From assembly GCF_046105845.1 (NCBI RefSeq), contig NZ_CP151004.1: 64,000 nucleotides of DNA, one strand, 5' to 3'. A program made the position numbers and the translations under genes. Shown piece by piece: positions 33,841 to 43,787 of the stretch. The notes under the pieces are model-generated. The model was not told the origin of the DNA and searched no databases. It saw only the letters and a list, made by a program, of their open reading frames with translations. Numbering within the stretch: position 1 is the first letter of the stretch; the number at the start of each line of letters is the position of its first letter. The stretch is from Escherichia coli (GTDB lineage Bacteria; Pseudomonadota; Gammaproteobacteria; Enterobacterales; Enterobacteriaceae).

Positions 33841-36711
33841 TTATATTTTTTCCAGCGCAGTGAGTATTTTCTCCGGTGTGAAATGCCATTCGCGTAACCA
33901 GATGCCGCAGGCATCGTGAATTGCGGTAGCAATCGCCGGAGCTGCGCCATTTACACCGATTTCCGAGATCGATTTCGCCCCGAACGGGCCGACTTTATCG
34001 TCGCTCGGCACCAGCACAGCGCGGAAATCACGCGGAATATCGCCTATTTTCGGTGCGCCGTAACTGCGTAAATCACGCGTTAACGGGTGACCTTCGGCGT
34101 CATAAATGATTTCTTCGCTCATACTGTGGCCGATTGCACGAAGGGTGGCACCGTAGATTTGTCCCAACGCTAACTCTGGATTGACCGGTGTACCGCAATC
34201 CAGCAAGGCGTAGAATTTATCCAGGCGGATTTCACCCGTACGCGTGTTGACGGCAACTTCAGCAAAGTTTGCGCCATACGGGAAGGCGAAATCAGGCGTG
34301 ATATAACTGCCAGTTCCCACCAGTGAACCAAAGCCTGTGCCGGTTTCGCCTTTATGGGCAATATCCCCGAAACTAACTTCGCCTTTCTTGCCGCGTACGA
34401 CGCCCGGCGTTGCTAGTTGGACATCTGCCACTGGCTCACCCAACATTTGCGCACCGTGGAACAGAATTTTCTCCCGCAGATTTTCTGCTGCCAAACGCGC
34501 CGCGTTACCCGAGAAGCAAGTACCGGACGAGGCATATGCGCCTTTATCAAACAACGCATGATCGGTATCACCGGAGATAACATGCACGTCCTGCGGTGGG
34601 CAGTGCAGCACTTCTGCTGCCAGTTTCGTCACCACGGTATCCAGACCAGTACCAATATCCGCACCGCCAGAATGAACGATAAAGGTACCGTCTGATTCCA
34701 GTTTGATCATGCAGTTAGCCTGATCGATATCCGGGATCCCTGATTTCTGCATGATAATGGCGACGCCACGACCGATGTGCCAGTCACCGTTTTGTGGTTT
34801 TGGTGAAGACCATTGGATCATCTCGCGACCCTGACGCAGGATCTCTTCCAGTGCGCAGCTGGCGGCGGAAGGAACGGAGGTCGGCGCTTTACCTTCACCG
34901 ATTGCACCGAGAATTTTCAGCTCTTGCCCTTCGTGTACCCGGTTACGTTCGATAATTTCCAGTTGGTCGATCTGTAACTGTTCAGCCAGTTCCGCTAATG
35001 CCATGGTGATAGCGAAGTTACCTTTCGGTGCGCCATAACCCTGATAAGCACCATTTGGGCAAATGTTGCTGTAGTAGGTGGTGACCTGGAAATCGACGTT
35101 ATCGCACGGATATAACGGCAGCGACAGCGCCGGTCCGTTACACGGTACGGTGAGTGAGTGGTTGCCGTAAGGGCCAGTGTTGGCGCGGAAATCCATCTTC
35201 ACTGCCGTCAGGCGACCATCTTTTTTCGCTCCCAGTTTGACGGTGACTTTCGCGACGTGACGAGAGGTGTTAGCAATAAACTCTTCTTCACGGGTGTAGC
35301 GGAACAGTACCGGACGCCCGGTCACGCAGGTTGCCCAGGCGCACACTTCTTCCAGCAGGATGTCCTGTTTGGAACCAAAACCGCCGCCAACTCGCTCTTT
35401 AATGACATGAACTTTATGCTGTTTCATGCCCACGAGGCGCGCGACCTGGCGGCGTAAGTGCCATGGTACCTGGGTGGAGGCGTGGATAACCAGACGATCG
35501 CCGTCCATACGGGTAAAGCAGATATGAGTTTCAGTCGGGCACTGCTGCGCCTGCGTTGAGTTATAGGTTCGCTCAATGATCACATCGGCATCGGCAAAGC
35601 CTTTGTCCATATCGCCGATATGACCATGAATACTGGCGGCGATATTTTTACGGGGGCGAGAACCGATCGGGAAGTTGATGATCATATGCTCGCCGCGCTG
35701 GGCTGCATGGCTGTTATCGTCTTCCAGAGTATCTGGCGCACCAGCAACATACACCACCGGTTCATCGTGCACGACAGGCGCATCTTCCGCCATTGCTTCG
35801 TCGATCGACATTACAGGTTTAAGCACTTCATATTCAACGTCGATGAGCTTCAGTGCTTCGAGCGCAATTTCTTCACTTTCTGCGACGACCGCAGCAACAC
35901 GATCGCCGACGTGACGCATTTTCTTGCCGAACATACGGCGGTCAAGCGGTGACGGTTCCGGTGCGCTCTGACCGCCCGGGGTATAGTAGATATCCGGGCA
36001 ATTCAGGTGAGTAATAACGTGAACAACGCCCGGTAAGGCTTCAGCTTTGCTGACATCCAGATGAGTAATCAGTGCGTGAGCGTGTGGGCTACGTAACATT
36101 TTAATGACGCAGGCGTCAGCCGTTACGCGGTCTTCAACATAGCAGGGTTTCGCCTGCACCATTTTCGCGGCATCAGTTTTAGGATAATGCTTACCAATGA
36201 CTTCAAGGTCATCGCGGAAAGTCGGAGCGATATCAATGGTGGCCTGCGGATTATTTTTACGTGCAACCGCCAGTTCAATGACCTGATAGTATTGTTGCCA
36301 GCCTGCATCGCGGCTGAACAAACCAGAAAGCGCGTCGTCGATCTCTTCGCGGGTCGGTGCGGCAATGCGATCGAGAAGATCGGTGATAATCAGAGCCGCA
36401 GCTGGATCGTTATAACCAGACTGCACCACGCCAACATCAACCATTGCCTGTTGAACCAGACTTAACTCGTTCCATTTGCCCAGAGACTCTGCGGTACGAA
36501 TATCTGCCTTCTCTAACTGTGCGGCGATAAGCAAGGACGCGTTAACGATATTACCGTTACAGATAATTGCGTCAGAACCGGCAAACCCGAATCCATCATC
36601 GCTGTTGCGTACAGAGTGCATTCCCATGTTAAACAACAGCTTTTGCACGTTTTCGCCTGGATTAACGGTTAGCTCCTGAGGCGCGCCATTTAAAGTAAAG
36701 TGGATGATCAT
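33841..36711 (-). CDS. xdhD: Molybdopterin-dependent hydroxylase, fused 2Fe-2S and Mo-binding domains (xanthine dehydrogenase family)
   Basis: 956-aa ORF MIIHFTLNGAPQELTVNPGENVQKLLFNMG...; N-terminal 2Fe-2S ferredoxin-like domain then aldehyde-oxidase/xanthine-dehydrogenase Mo domain. Confidence 0.9.
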   Translation of the reverse strand: MIIHFTLNGAPQELTVNPGENVQKLLFNMGMHSVRNSDDGFGFAGSDAIICNGNIVNASLLIAAQLEKADIRTAESLGKWNELSLVQQAMVDVGVVQSGYNDPAAALIITDLLDRIAAPTREEIDDALSGLFSRDAGWQQYYQVIELAVARKNNPQATIDIAPTFRDDLEVIGKHYPKTDAAKMVQAKPCYVEDRVTADACVIKMLRSPHAHALITHLDVSKAEALPGVVHVITHLNCPDIYYTPGGQSAPEPSPLDRRMFGKKMRHVGDRVAAVVAESEEIALEALKLIDVEYEVLKPVMSIDEAMAEDAPVVHDEPVVYVAGAPDTLEDDNSHAAQRGEHMIINFPIGSRPRKNIAASIHGHIGDMDKGFADADVIIERTYNSTQAQQCPTETHICFTRMDGDRLVIHASTQVPWHLRRQVARLVGMKQHKVHVIKERVGGGFGSKQDILLEEVCAWATCVTGRPVLFRYTREEEFIANTSRHVAKVTVKLGAKKDGRLTAVKMDFRANTGPYGNHSLTVPCNGPALSLPLYPCDNVDFQVTTYYSNICPNGAYQGYGAPKGNFAITMALAELAEQLQIDQLEIIERNRVHEGQELKILGAIGEGKAPTSVPSAASCALEEILRQGREMIQWSSPKPQNGDWHIGRGVAIIMQKSGIPDIDQANCMIKLESDGTFIVHSGGADIGTGLDTVVTKLAAEVLHCPPQDVHVISGDTDHALFDKGAYASSGTCFSGNAARLAAENLREKILFHGAQMLGEPVADVQLATPGVVRGKKGEVSFGDIAHKGETGTGFGSLVGTGSYITPDFAFPYGANFAEVAVNTRTGEIRLDKFYALLDCGTPVNPELALGQIYGATLRAIGHSMSEEIIYDAEGHPLTRDLRSYGAPKIGDIPRDFRAVLVPSDDKVGPFGAKSISEIGVNGAAPAIATAIHDACGIWLREWHFTPEKILTALEKI

Positions 36712-37487
36712 ACGGCTTCCTCCCCAGCCTGTTGGCAGTCGGCATACAGGTCGGCTACCAGAACTCCCGTGATATAGCGTTTATAGGCCACGCTGCCCCG
36801 CAAATCTTCCTGCGGGAAAATGGCGTTGGCGACAGCCTGTTCAAGTGCATTGCCTTCCAGATTTTGTTTTTCAACATCGTGCAGACGCAGTGCTTTACTG
36901 GCGACGCCATCCAGCGCAATTCGCATACCGTCGTGGTCTGTCATTGCAACGGCTGCCGTCACGACGGTTAAACCTGCCTGAGAACGGCTAATTTTGCGGG
37001 TCGCACAGGTGCGATACGGATCTTTAATGATAATTTCGGTTAGCAGGCGATCGCATGGGCAGGCCAGGTAGTCCTCGATTGACAGCGTTTCGCCGTTGCC
37101 AAAAACCAGTTCAGCATCCAGTGCCAGCAGGACGGGAAGCAGCACCGACTCTTCCTGCCGGGCGGCGATTTCACCACCAATGGTCGACTGATTACGAACA
37201 TGGCGAGAGTAGACAAAGCCGAGGGCTTCACGCAGTGCTGCAGGAATAAATCGCGCATCACGCAGTGGCTGCAAGCGAGACATTGCACCAATCCGCAGTG
37301 CACCGTTATCCCAGTCAACCCAGTCCAGTTCCAGATCCTGTAAGGAAATGGCAATCTTTTTATCGGTACGGGTTGGTGTAGCGTTGAGTTTGCTGCCCCC
37401 GGCGAACCAGACGGCTTCATCCTGGTAGCGGCGCTTCAGTTCCAGCGCCTGTTCGACAGAGTCGGGCCTGAAAAATTGTTCAATCAT
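36708..37487 (-). CDS. ygfM: FAD-binding subunit of molybdopterin hydroxylase (CoxM/XdhB-like)
   Basis: 259-aa ORF MIEQFFRPDSVEQALELKRRYQDEAVWFAGGSKL...; stop overlaps the xdhD start. Confidence 0.88.
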   Translation of the reverse strand: MIEQFFRPDSVEQALELKRRYQDEAVWFAGGSKLNATPTRTDKKIAISLQDLELDWVDWDNGALRIGAMSRLQPLRDARFIPAALREALGFVYSRHVRNQSTIGGEIAARQEESVLLPVLLALDAELVFGNGETLSIEDYLACPCDRLLTEIIIKDPYRTCATRKISRSQAGLTVVTAAVAMTDHDGMRIALDGVASKALRLHDVEKQNLEGNALEQAVANAIFPQEDLRGSVAYKRYITGVLVADLYADCQQAGEEAV

Positions 37488-37537
37488 CTTCTTTCCTTAT
37501 TTAACCCTCTTCCCTACGGGAAGAGGGTATTTGTCAT

Positions 37538-38866
37538 TTATGCCAGCGCATCCATCCGACGCCACATACTGGCAGCGGCTTTTCTGGCTTGCGCATAAAT
37601 GGAATCGCAATCGAAGTTAAACTGACGGTCTTCATAGACCATCACACCATTGACCATCACGCTGTGAACGCTGCCTGAGCCCATACCGAAAGCGATATGC
37701 CCGGCGATATTGTCTGCCAGCAGCGGCGTCGGCGAGTTGTAATCGCAAATGGTTAAATCGGCTTTGTAACCGGCTTCCAGAAGGCCAAATTTCGCGCCAA
37801 AATTGCGGCTCATCAGTTCGTTGCCGTTAGCCAGTGCTTTGGCAAAACTGTCAGGCCACAGCGGACCACCCGCATCGCGATGTTTAAAGAAGGCAAATTT
37901 CATCTCTTCAAACATGTCCGAACCAATGCCGTCCGTTCCCAACGCCAGATTGCGGATGTCGCTAAGGTGATGGTTGTAGCCGACATGGTTGTTCATGTTT
38001 GAACGGGCGTTATGCACCAGGAACGCATCGCGCTGATTGAGTAGGGCGATGTCATCTTTCGACAAGTACAGCCCATGAGCGACCAGCGTTTTGCTGTCGA
38101 TGAGATCGAATTGCGCCAGTCGTGCCAGCAGGTCTTTGCCGTACCAGTGGTGACTGTAGGAAACGTCATAAAGGTCTTCCGCAGCGTGAATATGCAAACC
38201 ACGACCTGTGGCTTTCACGGCTTCACGCAGCATCTCCAGACCGGCATCCGGCACGGTAAACGGCGCGTGAGCGCCGATATGTGCTTCCACCAGATACGGC
38301 TCGGTTGTTGCTTTCTTCGCCTTATCAATCTGACGGGCGAAGCGGATGTTTTCTTCTACACCTTCCTGCAACTCTTTGATGCCGTTGTTACGGTCAGTAG
38401 TTTCAAAACAGGTCATCGCGCGCAGGCCAACTTTTAAAAATGCGTTGCGCAATGTGGAGAGCGACCTGCCGATATACGCCGGAGAGGCATGGTGATCGAT
38501 AACCGATGTACATCCGCTCTTAATTGCTTCCAGGGAACAAATCAGTCCGCTGTAATAGAGCGACTCTTCATCAAGGGCGCGATCGAGTCGCCACCAGAGA
38601 TTTTTCAGCGTTGAGATGAAATCCGGGCAGGGGGCGATGTTTGCCATAATTCCGCGGGAAAGTCCCGAGTAAAAATGGTTGTGCGAGCAGACAATTCCCG
38701 GCATCACAATCCGACCATGCATCTCTTTGTAGCTGGCATCGGGGTAGCGTTGCGTCAGGGCATCGCCGATAGCGACAATCACATCATTTTCGATGGCGAT
38801 ATCAACGCCTTCCTGCACTTTCGCCGGGTGTAACTGCACTGCGGTGACATTCTTCAGAATCAACAT
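37538..38866 (-). CDS. ssnA: Aminohydrolase (amidohydrolase superfamily, chlorohydrolase-like)
   Basis: 442-aa ORF MLILKNVTAVQLHPAKVQEGVDIAIENDVIVAIGDAL...; HNH metal-binding motif (CSHNHFYS). Confidence 0.9.
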   Translation of the reverse strand: MLILKNVTAVQLHPAKVQEGVDIAIENDVIVAIGDALTQRYPDASYKEMHGRIVMPGIVCSHNHFYSGLSRGIMANIAPCPDFISTLKNLWWRLDRALDEESLYYSGLICSLEAIKSGCTSVIDHHASPAYIGRSLSTLRNAFLKVGLRAMTCFETTDRNNGIKELQEGVEENIRFARQIDKAKKATTEPYLVEAHIGAHAPFTVPDAGLEMLREAVKATGRGLHIHAAEDLYDVSYSHHWYGKDLLARLAQFDLIDSKTLVAHGLYLSKDDIALLNQRDAFLVHNARSNMNNHVGYNHHLSDIRNLALGTDGIGSDMFEEMKFAFFKHRDAGGPLWPDSFAKALANGNELMSRNFGAKFGLLEAGYKADLTICDYNSPTPLLADNIAGHIAFGMGSGSVHSVMVNGVMVYEDRQFNFDCDSIYAQARKAAASMWRRMDALA

Positions 38867-38868
38867 GA

Positions 38869-41800
38869 TTACACCTCCACACGGTCCAGCAGATAATGAT
38901 GATGCTGGTGGACATGGCTAATAATGCGGCACATATCGTTCAGCTCCGGTGGTACGTTGTTGAACTGACCTTCGCTGTCGATGTTTAACACCCAGCTTTG
39001 GTTATTCAGACGTACTCGTACCCGGCAATCTTCCACAAGGAAGCCTGGGTTGCTGCTGTTATCAAAGTCTTGCGACAGGCTGAAGACGGTGATTTTGTCT
39101 TTGTACGGTTTACCGTTCCACGGGCAGAACTGAGCGCAGTTGCCGCATTCGTTACAGTAAGCGTCGAGGTGCAGCGTCTGGAAACGGTTCTGGAAGCCAG
39201 GGACCGCAATGGATACGTTGGCGCGGTTCGGGCAGACATCCACACACTTGCTGCAAACGTAGTTACATTCAAGGCAGCGTGCGGCTTCCTGGGCGACAAA
39301 CGCGTCACGATCGTCGCTATCCACCAGGGTGATAGAGATATCGCCTTTGCGTTGATAGATTTCCGCCGGATTAACGTTGTTCCAGTATTTATCGTTCTGG
39401 TGGGAACGGATATTTTCCCGACTAAGGATGGCATCGGTCGCCCGACGCGCGGTTCCGACAGCAGCGACAATGGAGGATGGTCCGTGCTGTACGTCGCCGA
39501 TCATAAAGACGTCAGTCAGACGAGTTTCGCCATTATGGTCGACGTCTGGCCAGCCGTTTTTGTCCAGCGGCACGCCCATCGCATTCAGGGCTTCAGTATC
39601 CTGCTGTTCACCAATGGCGGTGATCAGGCTGTCTACATGCAGTGTTACTGTTTCGTTGGTTTCAACCGGACGGCGACGACCTTTCTCATCAGGTTCGCCA
39701 AGCGACATAACGCGCAAGGTTAAGGTGCCATCAGCATCGAAACGTTCCGGATTATTCAGGAAACGGAACTCCACGCCGTCGTGCAACGCTTCTTCATACT
39801 CTTCGCGCCATGCTGGCATCTCTTGCAGTGAACGACGGTAAACGACCGTTGCTTTTTCTACGCCTGGAACGCGTAACGCCGCACGAGCGCAGTCCATTGC
39901 CGTGTTACCCGCCCCGACAACGACCACATGTTTGCCCAGCTTGAGCGCTGTGCCCTTGTTGTATTCACGCAGGAAGGGGAGTGATTTCCAGACATTTTGG
40001 TTGTCGCCCGCGAGTTTCACACCGCTATTTTTATCAGTGCCGGTGGCAATCAGAACATAGTGGAAGCCCTGATTTTTTAACTGTTCAACGGTCAGATCGG
40101 GTGAGCAGCCATACTCAAATTTCACGCCGTGAGCGGCAACAAAATCAATATCGTGCTGAATTAACTCTGCAGGAATACGGAACTGAGGAATGATATTTTT
40201 CACCACGCCGCCCGCATTGGCTTCGCGTTCAAACAGCGTAACCGGATGGCCCGCTCTGGCAAGGAAGTAACCTGCTGCCAGACCCGCCGGACCTGCACCA
40301 ATCACGGCAACCGGATGGCGTGAACCAGAACCGGCTGGTTTGTGCCAGCGTTGCTTATATTCATCCCAACCTTTTTCCAGCACGACTTTTTTCAGTTCGC
40401 GGATATTCAGCGCACTGTCGTAATCCAGGCGGGTACAGTTGTATTGGCACTGGTGATCGCAAATATGACCGGTAATGGCGGGCAGGGCGTTGCGTTGGTA
40501 GATGAGTTCCAGCGCGTCGGCATAGCGGTGTTCGCCAAGCAAACGGATGTATTCCGGAATATCTTGCTTGATAGCGCAGGCAGTAACACAGGGGGCAACG
40601 TAGCAGTCGGTCAGCGGCAGGTCTTCTGCCACTTCAATACGCTCTTCTGGCTTCCAGTGTTTCTGAGTGTATTCCATGGTTAACGCGTCTGCTGCCAGTT
40701 TGTTCAGGCGTTCGACGTCAACATGGTCAAGCCCCCAGGCGTCGGAGCCTTCCAGCTCGCGCATGCAGGCACTTAAGCGCAGATAGCCGCCAGGTTTCAG
40801 CAGGTCGGTTGCCATAGTAATAGGGCGAATACCAGTATCAAAAATATCGCGGATAGTCAGCTGACTGGCACCACCGGAATAAGAAATGGGCAGTTTGCCG
40901 TCAAAGGCGCGAGAGAGAACTGCTGCAACATTGATGGAGAGCGGGAACAGAGCACGGCCTGACATATACATCTCTTCACCAGGCAGTGCGCCTTTATTGT
41001 TGATGGTGCCGAGAGTGTTAGTCAGTTTTACGCCAAAGCCGAGTGATTTTTCTTTTGCCAGTACCATCAGGCGTTCCAGCATTTCCAGCGCTTGCGTCAG
41101 CTTGAGGTCGTGATCAAATGACTCTTCTTTTAAGCCTATGTAACCGAAACCGCAGACATCGAGGATCTCACGAACACGCGCATACCCCAGTAAGGTCGGG
41201 TTGAGTTTCACAAAGGTATTGAGCCCTTTTTCTTCCAGCATGTAGCGGCAAATGGCTTCGATTTCATGCGGAGGACAGCCGTGCATGGTGGAGAGGGTGA
41301 CGCCCTGCACCATACTGGTGGGGATGCGAGCGGGTAAGGCTTGCAAGCTTTCGCGTTTTTCCTGCAATCCGTGGCGGGCTAAAAATGCGTCATCCTGGAG
41401 TAATTTATTCAGCGTATCGCGATATTGCGCGAATTTCGGATGGTCAGATGCGTCCATCATATTGTCGATGAACTGTTGCATCGGTGGTTGCTTAATACCT
41501 TCGAGGTTATAACCGACGCTCATATTAAAGATGAACGATTTACCGGAATCAGAAGGCTGGAACATCGCTTCGAGAAGGTGCAGGGCAAACCAGGCTTTGA
41601 GGTATTCATCCCAGGCTTTAAGCAGGGTAAATTCGGTAGACCATTCGGTGTTAAAGCACTCGTCTTCGGCATCGATACAGGGCTTTTCCAGCTCCAGGCG
41701 GTCAAGAATTTGGACGGTTTTTAGTTCGATGAAGCGCCCGCCAGTCAGCCAGGAAGTGACAATATTTTGCGCGAGCTGCGTGTGCGGGCCAGCGGCAGGG

Positions 41801-41967
41801 CCGACGGGAGTGGCACAGGTTTCACCGAAGACGCTAACAGTTTTACCTTTTACGGGTGAGTAAAACTGTTGCTCGGGAATACCAAAGATTGAGCGTTGTT
41901 GTTGGTATTCATCAAATATGCGCGTCAAAAGTTCCTCAAACGGAATGGGACGCATAATATCCCCCAT
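38869..41967 (-). CDS. ygfK: Large Fe-S / FAD-NAD(P) oxidoreductase (GltD-like plus DPD-like domains; annotated putative selenate reductase subunit)
   Basis: 1032-aa ORF MGDIMRPIPFEELLTRIFDEYQQQRSIFGIPEQQF...; starts 3 nt after... rather, its stop lies 3 nt upstream of the ssnA start on the same strand. Confidence 0.88.
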   Translation of the reverse strand: MGDIMRPIPFEELLTRIFDEYQQQRSIFGIPEQQFYSPVKGKTVSVFGETCATPVGPAAGPHTQLAQNIVTSWLTGGRFIELKTVQILDRLELEKPCIDAEDECFNTEWSTEFTLLKAWDEYLKAWFALHLLEAMFQPSDSGKSFIFNMSVGYNLEGIKQPPMQQFIDNMMDASDHPKFAQYRDTLNKLLQDDAFLARHGLQEKRESLQALPARIPTSMVQGVTLSTMHGCPPHEIEAICRYMLEEKGLNTFVKLNPTLLGYARVREILDVCGFGYIGLKEESFDHDLKLTQALEMLERLMVLAKEKSLGFGVKLTNTLGTINNKGALPGEEMYMSGRALFPLSINVAAVLSRAFDGKLPISYSGGASQLTIRDIFDTGIRPITMATDLLKPGGYLRLSACMRELEGSDAWGLDHVDVERLNKLAADALTMEYTQKHWKPEERIEVAEDLPLTDCYVAPCVTACAIKQDIPEYIRLLGEHRYADALELIYQRNALPAITGHICDHQCQYNCTRLDYDSALNIRELKKVVLEKGWDEYKQRWHKPAGSGSRHPVAVIGAGPAGLAAGYFLARAGHPVTLFEREANAGGVVKNIIPQFRIPAELIQHDIDFVAAHGVKFEYGCSPDLTVEQLKNQGFHYVLIATGTDKNSGVKLAGDNQNVWKSLPFLREYNKGTALKLGKHVVVVGAGNTAMDCARAALRVPGVEKATVVYRRSLQEMPAWREEYEEALHDGVEFRFLNNPERFDADGTLTLRVMSLGEPDEKGRRRPVETNETVTLHVDSLITAIGEQQDTEALNAMGVPLDKNGWPDVDHNGETRLTDVFMIGDVQHGPSSIVAAVGTARRATDAILSRENIRSHQNDKYWNNVNPAEIYQRKGDISITLVDSDDRDAFVAQEAARCLECNYVCSKCVDVCPNRANVSIAVPGFQNRFQTLHLDAYCNECGNCAQFCPWNGKPYKDKITVFSLSQDFDNSSNPGFLVEDCRVRVRLNNQSWVLNIDSEGQFNNVPPELNDMCRIISHVHQHHHYLLDRVEV

Positions 41968-42288
41968 AACCCTCTCCTTAGCTTATACAGATATCATTGA
42001 GTGACCGGTGTTGAGAAATCCGGTGGTTTAGGGGGATAGAGCAACAATCGCACCACTCTTGCCAGGTTTGGCGGGAAATATAAAAAAATGTGAGGCGGCT
42101 CGAAACTTAAGGGCTTTTTGTGAATGAACTCACAGGTGCCAAATGAGAATTAAAATCACTCCTGAAAATTATTATTGCCAGCCCATTTATCACTTTTTCT
42201 CTTTTCTCAAAATCAGTGATTCCTTATCATTATGATAAAGAGTGCCGGAAGGATTAAATATTTGAACGCAATCGTTTAACTACGTTTT

Positions 42289-42867
42289 CTAAAATTCAGT
42301 ATACCTTTTCTTCGCTGTAATAAAGTCGTCAGGAGTATCAATATCTAAAATTATTTCTGCATTTTCTATTTCGACGGAATAATGATCTCCCATAAGGAGT
42401 GCCTGACGCATATTGGTGATATTGGGACGCTGGATTGCCTGCATCAGGCATGGCTTTGATACTAAAATCGGATGGCCGGGAATGCCATTATGGAGTGGCA
42501 GTATTGCGCCATCATTTCGTAACGACCAGATTTTTCTAAAAATATCGATGGTGAGGGTAGGCATGTCACCGTGGGTGAGAAAACAATATTCTGTTTTTAC
42601 CGCGGGTACTGCGGCCTTTACTGATGTGAGTAAACCCTGCGCATAATCTGGGTTGTGAATAATAGTGATATTGCTCTGGTTCGCATAACGTTCGTGCAGT
42701 TCATTACCACGATAGCCGGTGACTAAAATAATTCGGCTACAAAACTGCAACGCATTTTTGATACTTGTATCAAGAATTGTTCCCTGTTGCCAGGGTAACA
42801 TCATTTTCCATTGCCCCATTCTTGATGATAATCCGGCAGCGGTAATTATACAGTCGATGGCTGACAT
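42289..42867 (-). CDS. mocA: Molybdenum cofactor cytidylyltransferase
   Basis: 192-aa ORF MSAIDCIITAAGLSSRMGQWKMMLPWQQG... with the MobA-like nucleotidyltransferase N-terminal motif. Confidence 0.88.
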   Translation of the reverse strand: MSAIDCIITAAGLSSRMGQWKMMLPWQQGTILDTSIKNALQFCSRIILVTGYRGNELHERYANQSNITIIHNPDYAQGLLTSVKAAVPAVKTEYCFLTHGDMPTLTIDIFRKIWSLRNDGAILPLHNGIPGHPILVSKPCLMQAIQRPNITNMRQALLMGDHYSVEIENAEIILDIDTPDDFITAKKRYTEF

Positions 42868-42969
42868 AGTGGTTCCATTATTTATAGGGGCTAATAACGC
42901 CTGATAATTGCGTTACTTCCTGATGGATTAAGTTGGGGATAATTTATCCCAGAGAGGTCATAAAGACTC

Positions 42970-43740
42970 GTGAAAAGTATAGTTGACCCATCGGCATTAT
43001 TCATTGATTTAGGTGCGCAGAAACGTCCCACTGTGATTTCTGTTGTTGGTGCTGGGGGGAAAACCAGCTTGCTTTTTTGGCTGGCAGAACTGCTCCAGGC
43101 TAGCGGCAGGCGTGTGTTAATCACGACGACGACACATATGTTTATGCCAACGTCTCACTGGCCCGTGGTTTTCTGTCGTGATCCCGCCATGCTTCCTCAT
43201 GCGTCTTTTATATCCCCCATTTCATTTTGTTTTCACAGTTGGAAAGCGAACCAGGGAAAAGTGCAGGGATTTACGCCAGAAGCGATTGATGCACTGGTAC
43301 AACGATCAGAGTGTGACGTAATTCTCATTGAGGCAGATGGCTCGCGTGGAATGCCGTTAAAAGCGCCTGATGAGCACGAACCTTGCATACCTAAAAGCAG
43401 TTGCTGCGTGATTGCTGTGATGGGAGGACATATTTTGGGTGCAAAAGTGAGCACAGAAAATGTCCATCGCTGGTCGCAGTTTGCTGATATTACTGGGTTA
43501 ACACCTGATGCACCCTTGCAACTGAGCGATCTCGTTGCGCTGGTTCGCCACCCTCAGGGCGCATTTAAAAACGTACCGCAAGGTTGTCGGCGAGTCTGGT
43601 TCATTAACCGTTTTTCTCAATGTGAGAATGCGATTGCGCAAAGCGAGCTCCTTCAACCGCTGCAACAACACGACGTAGAGGCAATCTGGCTGGGCGATAT
43701 ACAAGAACATCCTGCAATCGCGCGCAGATTTGTGAATTAG
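42970..43740 (+). CDS. yqeC: Selenium-dependent molybdenum hydroxylase system protein, YqeC family (P-loop)
   Basis: GTG start; 256 aa; Walker A-like VVGAGGKTSL. Confidence 0.85.
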   Translation: MKSIVDPSALFIDLGAQKRPTVISVVGAGGKTSLLFWLAELLQASGRRVLITTTTHMFMPTSHWPVVFCRDPAMLPHASFISPISFCFHSWKANQGKVQGFTPEAIDALVQRSECDVILIEADGSRGMPLKAPDEHEPCIPKSSCCVIAVMGGHILGAKVSTENVHRWSQFADITGLTPDAPLQLSDLVALVRHPQGAFKNVPQGCRRVWFINRFSQCENAIAQSELLQPLQQHDVEAIWLGDIQEHPAIARRFVN

Positions 43741-43787
43741 CGGCCCGGGTATTCCGGGTTACTGAAAGGATATCCATTGAGGTTGGT

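Noticed and set aside
38869-41967. Selenocysteine (in-frame TGA) recoding in ygfK or xdhD
   Set aside because: Both ORFs are continuous with no internal TGA; the selenium link of this cluster is through a labile cofactor, not Sec incorporation.
42060-42150. Possible sigma-54 -24/-12 element upstream of ygfK (TGGCAC near 42137-42142 on the minus strand)
   Set aside because: The -12 element (TTGC) is absent at the required spacing; only the GGCAC half matches.
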